From Bacteroidales bacterium (GTDB lineage Bacteria > Bacteroidota > Bacteroidia > Bacteroidales > CAIWKO01): a stretch of DNA of 32,903 bases. A program made the position numbers and the translations under genes. Location of the stretch: assembly GCA_035389045.1 (NCBI GenBank), contig DAOORA010000053.1, forward strand, positions 1-32,903, written 5' to 3'. The notes below the pieces were generated by a model. That model had not been told where the DNA came from and made no database searches. It was given only the letters and a program-made list of their open reading frames with translations. This document shows, piece after piece, positions 27,777 to 32,903 of this stretch (position 1 is its first letter; each line of letters opens with the position of its first letter).

Positions 27777-28751
27777 ATGGGAACATTAAAAACAGATAAA
27801 TGCTTTATTACAGACCTACCCGCATTCAATTTTGATCAAGGGATTTCAGTCTATGAATACACAATTGATATAAATGGAAAAAAGGTGGCTTTATACTTTA
27901 ATCAAGATGCTGAGAATTGGAATAAACACGATGTTTTTTTATCCAAAAAACACATTTTTGCAGGAGCTTTAATTAATGGGAAATTACTCGATGAATCTAA
28001 GGTTTTCCCTGTTATTACGGCAGACTTTTTATTTAATAGAATTAAAGAAATGGTTTATCCTTCTTCTCCAAAAGAAAAGTTAGATAACCTATTTAAAACG
28101 TTAATTTCATTTCAAAATAGTGAGGGTGATAGTATCTTCCTCCAAAGACTTGTACCTGATCCAATATTTTATTTTGGGCATTATTTTAGATCACGAGAAG
28201 AATGTATGTTTTATTTTAAAACTCTAATTGAACAGAAATTAATAAATGCAAAATTAAATATTGATCCTCAACATGGCCATAATAATATTCTTTATGCTAA
28301 TATTACATTTAAAGGGCTCAATTACTATCTGGATTTGATTGACAATGGGAAACTTTCTAACAAATGTTTTGTGGCCATGTCATTCACTCCTGAAAATCAA
28401 TTGCTAGTCAATATTCGCAATTCAATCAAAGAAGCTATTGAAATCACTGGATTTAAACCAATTCTAATAGATGAGGTTCACTACGATTGCGAAAAAACAA
28501 TTAATGATGCTATAATTGCGAACCTAAAAGAATGCAAATTCTGTATAGCTGATTTTACGGAACAAAAAGATGGGGTATATTTTGAAAGTGGGTTCGCATT
28601 AGGTCAGGGGAAATCGGTGATTTACACTTGCAGGCAAGAAGATTTTGAAAAATCACATTTTGACACGAACCATTTTCCGCATATCATTTACAATAACCCA
28701 GATGAATTAAAACAAAAGCTTATTGATAAAATTAACGCATGGATAAAATAA
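27777..28751 (+). CDS. Protein with C-terminal nucleoside 2-deoxyribosyltransferase/TIR-like domain (defence-associated type)
   Basis: KCFVAMSF...GFKPILID...INDAIIANLKECKFCIADFT.QKDGVYFESGFALGQGKSVIYTC...HFDTNHF; preceded by a wHTH-like segment ending ITFKGL; ATG at 27777. Confidence 0.75.
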   Translation: MGTLKTDKCFITDLPAFNFDQGISVYEYTIDINGKKVALYFNQDAENWNKHDVFLSKKHIFAGALINGKLLDESKVFPVITADFLFNRIKEMVYPSSPKEKLDNLFKTLISFQNSEGDSIFLQRLVPDPIFYFGHYFRSREECMFYFKTLIEQKLINAKLNIDPQHGHNNILYANITFKGLNYYLDLIDNGKLSNKCFVAMSFTPENQLLVNIRNSIKEAIEITGFKPILIDEVHYDCEKTINDAIIANLKECKFCIADFTEQKDGVYFESGFALGQGKSVIYTCRQEDFEKSHFDTNHFPHIIYNNPDELKQKLIDKINAWIK

Positions 28752-28772
28752 AGGATTAAATAGCTTAAAATT

Positions 28773-29684
28773 ATGTCCAAAGACAACGCAAAAACTATTT
28801 TCGTTATAGATTTCGACAAGATTAATGATCATATTGCATGGTTAAATAGCAACAGGTGCAAACATCATGATTATAAATCTTACCCTGCCAAGCTCCTAAA
28901 AGTTGATTTCCATGCTTGTAATTTTCTTAAACCTTATCATATTGCTCCACTGGCGTGCCTGATTTATGAATACCAGCAGAAAGGGTTTGTTATAAAACTT
29001 ATCAATATTCCTGCGGCTATTAAGGACTATTTTGATGCCTTTAATTTTCAGCAATTTTGCAAGCAAGAACCCTATAACCACTTTCCCACACCCTTAGATT
29101 CCAAAATACTTCCATTATGGCGAATTGAACAAACCGCCATAAGTGTTTACCCCGCAGAAGCCCAACGGTATTTTGAAAATCTGCATTTCGACAGCAAAAG
29201 TTTATTTTCATTGAGCAGCTCATTGGCGGAACTGATGAATAATGTTTTTGACCATTCAGAATCAAAAATCCCGGGTTATACCTTTACACAATATAACACA
29301 CGAAATAATGAAATCACATCTTGTGTCTGTGATTTCGGAATTGGAATACCACGAAAGGTCAATAAATATCTTTCGGAAAATAAACTTGAAACTATTGATA
29401 ACGTTTCAGCCCTGAAAAAAGCCCTTGAATATAAATTTTCCACATTATCAAAACCGCACAACAGGGGTTATGGGTGGGATAATGTTTTTTCCATAGTTAA
29501 AGGTCTCAAAAGTAAAATTCTTATCATCAGCAATAACGTACTATATAAAAACGATTTTAATAAAGCGCCTATAACTTCTTTACTTAACAATAATTTCCCG
29601 GGAACAATTATCGTTATTTACCTAAATACACTTAATCTGCCACAAAAAGAAGAAGAAATTACAGACGAATTAATCATTTTATGA
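28773..29684 (+). CDS. STAS-like + GHKL/HATPase (anti-sigma-kinase-like) protein
   Basis: N box LAELMNNVFDHS, G1 VCDFGIGIP, G2 NRGYGW, G3 FPGT; no transmembrane or His-phosphotransfer domain. Confidence 0.78.
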   Translation: MSKDNAKTIFVIDFDKINDHIAWLNSNRCKHHDYKSYPAKLLKVDFHACNFLKPYHIAPLACLIYEYQQKGFVIKLINIPAAIKDYFDAFNFQQFCKQEPYNHFPTPLDSKILPLWRIEQTAISVYPAEAQRYFENLHFDSKSLFSLSSSLAELMNNVFDHSESKIPGYTFTQYNTRNNEITSCVCDFGIGIPRKVNKYLSENKLETIDNVSALKKALEYKFSTLSKPHNRGYGWDNVFSIVKGLKSKILIISNNVLYKNDFNKAPITSLLNNNFPGTIIVIYLNTLNLPQKEEEITDELIIL

Positions 29685-29703
29685 GTATCTTTGCAGTAGA
29701 ATT

Positions 29704-30000
29704 ATGGATACATCAACAATAATAGTTAAAAATGTAGCTCCTGGCACACTTTCAAATGCTGACGGTGTTAGCCTGAAGATAGCTATTGAAAAAACTCTGT
29801 CAGACAATAATATTGCAATATTATCTTTTGCAGGTATCGATACCATTTCCACATCATTCTTAAATTCATCAATAGGCGAAATCGTTGACCAGTTTGGTTT
29901 GCAGGCGTTGAAAAACAGAATAAAAATTTCTCATTACACGCCTTCGCTTGCTGCGGTTATAAGCAAGTATGTTGGAGAACTCACTGCTTCGGTACACTGA
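29704..30000 (+). CDS. STAS-like protein (DUF4325 type)
   Basis: SNADG..L...I......AILSFAGIDTISTSFLNSSIGEIV. Confidence 0.8.
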   Translation: MDTSTIIVKNVAPGTLSNADGVSLKIAIEKTLSDNNIAILSFAGIDTISTSFLNSSIGEIVDQFGLQALKNRIKISHYTPSLAAVISKYVGELTASVH

Positions 30001-30130
30001 TAGATTATAATTGTACTTTCCTCTGATATTTTAAAATTAGCTTTTCTTTTACCTTATTTTTTCATGATTTCTGATAATTTATGCAAATTACTTATGTTTG
30101 TACGCTAATAACTATATTTTGAAAAATCCA

Positions 30131-30604
30131 ATGGACAACACAGGAGAAATAAAATTCAAACAATGGCTCGAAAAAAACAACATCCCCTATATGTATTTCG
30201 ACCAGAATTTCGACACCTATTCATCCGTATTCCGGGGCTTTGCCCGCCGCCCCGATTTTATGCTGCTGTTGCCAAACTTCGGCTTTATACTGGTGGACGT
30301 GGAAGACCGCAAACCGCATAAAATATATAACAGGTATTGCCTTAATATTGCCGAAACCATTAAATACTCTAATCTGCAACGGTTTTTCAATTTGCAGGTC
30401 TGGTATGTGGTCAGCAACGAAATGCTAAATTACGATACATGGTACTGGATATCCGTTTCATCACTGCTCGAAAAACGCTTAGAACGCTTCAACGAGAACA
30501 AACCCGACCGCGCTTTCTTTGCCCTCGAACCCAACCAGTTCATACAGCTTTCTTCCAACGATTCACTGAGCCGCTTGTTTGAGAATATGTTTATGAAAAA
30601 ATAA
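30131..30604 (+). CDS. Putative PD-(D/E)xK-fold nuclease-like protein
   Basis: GE..FKQWL...RRPDFMLLLPNFGFILVDVEDRK; ATG at 30131 (TTG at 30098 is an alternative start). Confidence 0.55.
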   Translation: MDNTGEIKFKQWLEKNNIPYMYFDQNFDTYSSVFRGFARRPDFMLLLPNFGFILVDVEDRKPHKIYNRYCLNIAETIKYSNLQRFFNLQVWYVVSNEMLNYDTWYWISVSSLLEKRLERFNENKPDRAFFALEPNQFIQLSSNDSLSRLFENMFMKK

Positions 30605-30620
30605 AGCCTCTTCTAATAAC

Positions 30621-30655
30621 GGCCTGTAAGCATTGATTTTACAGGCCTTTTTTTT
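30621..30655 (+). terminator. Displaced native tRNA terminator marking the right junction
   Basis: GGCCTGTAAGCATTGATTTTACAGGCCTTT identical to 14515-14544, followed by a T-run. Confidence 0.85.
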
Positions 30656-30667
30656 GAGTCAACATGG

Positions 30668-31147
30668 TTACAACACCTTATCAGTATAATATCCACCACT
30701 AAAAATTCTTTGCATTATTGCAGAACCAAATCCCGCTGGTTTAAACTCATTTTTATTATCAAGATAAATATCAGCGCCATCCACCAGTTTATAAATTCTA
30801 TTATTTAAACGAACACTATCAAGATTTTTTGAATAGTCTTCAGAAAATCCAGGACAATTTTTTGTTTTATATTGAATATCTTCATTTTGCATTTGTTCTT
30901 TTGTAAGATGCAATCTGGATTTACCAAAAAAAATAATAAACCCTAAAGGAATTAATCCAGAAATCAAAGAGACAAAAGAACCTTTCATGCTTTTGTTTAT
31001 TACAAAAATAATAAGGATAATAATAGCTATAAAAAGCGTAATAAAAGCAATGGAATATTTATCTTTTGTACACATCATACTGTTTTTTAAAATAACCAAA
31101 ATAAATTGCCGCGTTTGCCAACGATGTCGGGTGCTGTTGAATACCAT
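30668..31147 (-). CDS. Hypothetical membrane protein (two TM helices)
   Basis: Hydrophobic IAFITLFIAIIILIIFVI and FVSLISGLIPLGFIIFFG; start may be 31078. Confidence 0.55.
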   Translation of the reverse strand: MVFNSTRHRWQTRQFILVILKNSMMCTKDKYSIAFITLFIAIIILIIFVINKSMKGSFVSLISGLIPLGFIIFFGKSRLHLTKEQMQNEDIQYKTKNCPGFSEDYSKNLDSVRLNNRIYKLVDGADIYLDNKNEFKPAGFGSAIMQRIFSGGYYTDKVL

Positions 31148-31334
31148 CAGGTTTGTTAATGTTGGACAATGAAACTACCCTGGCCACTGTTTGATATTTT
31201 TTTAATAAACTGTTTTATAGATGAATTATTTTGTTACAGAACTCTTTTTAAGATTTTTATGCCGGGATGTCCGGTTATTAATCATCAGAATTATCTGGGC
31301 TGTAAAAAATTAAAAGTCAATTTCCACCCCTCAA

Positions 31335-31486
31335 AATAAAAACCGTTGCCAAAAGTTTCACAAATGTTACACTTATCGAAGCAACGGTCTTAAAAAAAAT
31401 AATGTATCAGTTGGCATAACTGGAGCCGCGTTTACACGTTGGGACATCCAACCTCTTATTCTGATACATTATCTGTAACAAAGATA
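31335..31486 (-). ncRNA. Candidate structured small RNA A
   Basis: Minus-strand TATCTTTG at 31479-31486; 12-bp perfect stem ATAATGTATCAG (31399-31410) / CTGATACATTAT (31461-31472) plus U-run; second hairpin ACCGTTGC/GCAACGGT (31342-31388). Confidence 0.4.
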
Positions 31487-31534
31487 CAGCATTTTTTGTT
31501 AAAAATCTCCCACTATCCTCATCTCCCCCCTAAT

Positions 31535-31617
31535 AGCAGAAAGCCCCAGTAATTAAACTGAAGCTTTCTTGGAGCCGATTAGCGTTCTTATGGTAGCCGT
31601 TCAGCACAACAAAGATA
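31535..31617 (-). ncRNA. Candidate small RNA B
   Basis: Minus-strand TATCTTTG at 31610-31617; terminal hairpin AGAAAGC..CAGT/ACTG..GCTTTCT at 31538-31569; shares CGGCTCCA with RNA A. Confidence 0.38.
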
Positions 31618-31767
31618 CAAAAAAATAACAAGGCAAAGTCAAGTTTTTTCTTTGTTCCTTTTAATCATTACATTTTTTTGAACCCAATAACGAACATTGA
31701 ATATCCGTAAAAGGGTTAATTACACTCAACAAAAACATTAATTACACTGTATATTTATCCATCCCTA

Positions 31768-31929
31768 TCAATCGCGATCCAACCAATTGATCAAATAATA
31801 TAAAATAACAAGTACTATATAAATCACGGTAAAAAATGCAAAAGCTATGAGGCCGATTTTGGAATCAATAATAGCGAAAAAGATAATACCTATAATAGCA
31901 ATAACCCAGTATACTATTGTTGCTTTCAT
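31768..31929 (-). CDS. Small (53-aa) two-TM membrane protein
   Basis: MKATIVYWVIAIIGIIFFAIIDSKIGLIAFAFFTVIYIVLVILYYLINWLDRD; TATATTTG box 7 nt before the ATG. Confidence 0.55.
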   Translation of the reverse strand: MKATIVYWVIAIIGIIFFAIIDSKIGLIAFAFFTVIYIVLVILYYLINWLDRD

Positions 31930-32221
31930 TAGTTCACAAATATAATACAGAATTAAATAACGTAAAATATTAATAATCGCCAACCATAGAATTTTTATAT
32001 CATTTGTAATGATGTTTTGAATATAAACCGCACTGAATGGCAAACAGTACCCTGCTTTTCAATATTCTCCAAAGCGCGATGACTTAAAACCGAAACAAAT
32101 TGCCTGGCAGATTACTGTTACGGCGTCAGCCCTTAATGCGAGTATGGTTTGATTGTACTTTCGGGGATCAATACCTCTGAGAACCAATTATATTTCTATG
32201 TCTGATTATATATTCCCTCTT

Positions 32222-32548
32222 CTATTTTTCACACTCGTCCTTGCCGCTGTTCATGTATATGTTAAATATTACTGTCTTGGTATCCTTATCATGCAATTTA
32301 TGTTTCGGGGATTTACGGAAAATATCTTTGAATGCCAATTCCCAAAATACTTTGATAACAAGAACTATCCATCCAATCGTGATGGAAAGCACAAATAAAT
32401 TGGCAATAATTTTAAAAAAAATATTGTTTTCCATCAGGAATTTTTTCACAAAATTATTAAAAAAATGAGGGAATGTCAACAGGGGCTCATCAATAGCAAA
32501 AAAGATACCTATAATAGCAATAACCCAGTATACTATTGTTGCTTTCAT
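32222..32548 (-). CDS. Small (108-aa) membrane protein sharing its N-terminus with 31768-31929
   Basis: MKATIVYWVIAIIGIFFAID...; 45-bp identity 31886-31930 / 32505-32549; TATATTTG box 7 nt before the ATG. Confidence 0.55.
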   Translation of the reverse strand: MKATIVYWVIAIIGIFFAIDEPLLTFPHFFNNFVKKFLMENNIFFKIIANLFVLSITIGWIVLVIKVFWELAFKDIFRKSPKHKLHDKDTKTVIFNIYMNSGKDECEK

Positions 32549-32848
32549 TTTTTCGCAAATATAGTACAAATTTGAATAAATTAAAATGTTTTAGCCCGTT
32601 TAGGTATTGCGCAGATTCATAAGCCACCCTGTTTGTCAATAGCCGTGTAACGGTTGTTGCATGTTAATCCATAAAAGTTAACCTCCGACTTGATCAGGCA
32701 AATACCTGATTTACTTATCTCTTTGACAATATTTTACACCAAACAATACAATTGTTTAATTCCATAACAACATTATACAAAATCCTTGAATATTTATAAC
32801 TTTGTTTCAATTCATATTTTTTACTTTCAAAACGAAATAAATCCACCG

Positions 32849-32903
32849 ATGGACCAACCCAAACTCGAACGCCTGCTGCGCCTGATGAAAATGCTTACGG
32901 CAA
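32849..32903 (+). CDS. 5' fragment of a probable HTH-WYL transcriptional regulator (truncated by the window edge)
   Basis: MDQPKLERLLRLMKMLTA resembles, from memory, the N-terminus of Bacteroidota WYL-domain proteins; only 18 codons visible. Confidence 0.6.
   Translation, partial: MDQPKLERLLRLMKMLTA

Larger units (their letters stand above)
19732..30614. mobile_element. Element 2: ~10.9-kb large-serine-recombinase island with RM/defence cargo
   Basis: Joining CT at 19732-19733 to CT at 30613-30614 restores tRNA 3' end + 6 nt + terminator with the same spacing as at 14496-14544. Confidence 0.82.

Noticed and set aside
14509..30614. A single prophage or conjugative element
   Set aside because: No structural, large terminase, relaxase or T4SS genes; the internal att copy and the composition break at 19733 show two separate elements.
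31335..31620. Known riboswitch (TPP, cobalamin, SAM, c-di-GMP)
   Set aside because: No consensus motif of these classes recognised and no matching metabolic gene downstream; kept only as unassigned candidate RNAs.
32153..32468. Plus-strand ORFs of 81 and 75 aa
   Set aside because: Antisense to 32222-32548, which has promoter and duplication support; TTG starts and no motifs.

Overview
Bacteroidota chromosomal segment, inferred from TAnnTTTG promoters and T9SS C-terminal domains. 279-6841: three secreted T9SS-type proteins (C10 cysteine protease with 3 CUB domains, a large surface protein, an alpha/beta hydrolase). 7162-14337: TetR-TolC-HlyD-2xABC ATPase-2xABC permease efflux operon. 14435-14506: initiator tRNA-Met, whose 3' end is an integration hotspot carrying two elements in tandem. 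Element 1 (14496-19733, ~5.2 kb) is bounded by a 13-bp tRNA-end repeat and encodes a tyrosine integrase, an excisionase, a rolling-circle-type Rep and two small-terminase-like paralogues. It looks like a phage satellite and is almost devoid of GAC/GTC. Element 2 (19732-30614, ~10.9 kb) is a large-serine-recombinase island inserted at a CT dinucleotide between the tRNA 3' end and its terminator. It carries a MerR-like protein, a Type IIG restriction-modification enzyme invaded in frame by a DUF559 nuclease flanked by GC-rich palindromes, and a likely defence cassette (NDT/TIR-like, GHKL kinase-like, STAS, PD-(D/E)xK-like). The right flank has small membrane proteins with a duplicated N-terminus, two candidate small RNAs and the start of a probable WYL regulator. 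All family calls come from motif recognition by eye; no searches were run.
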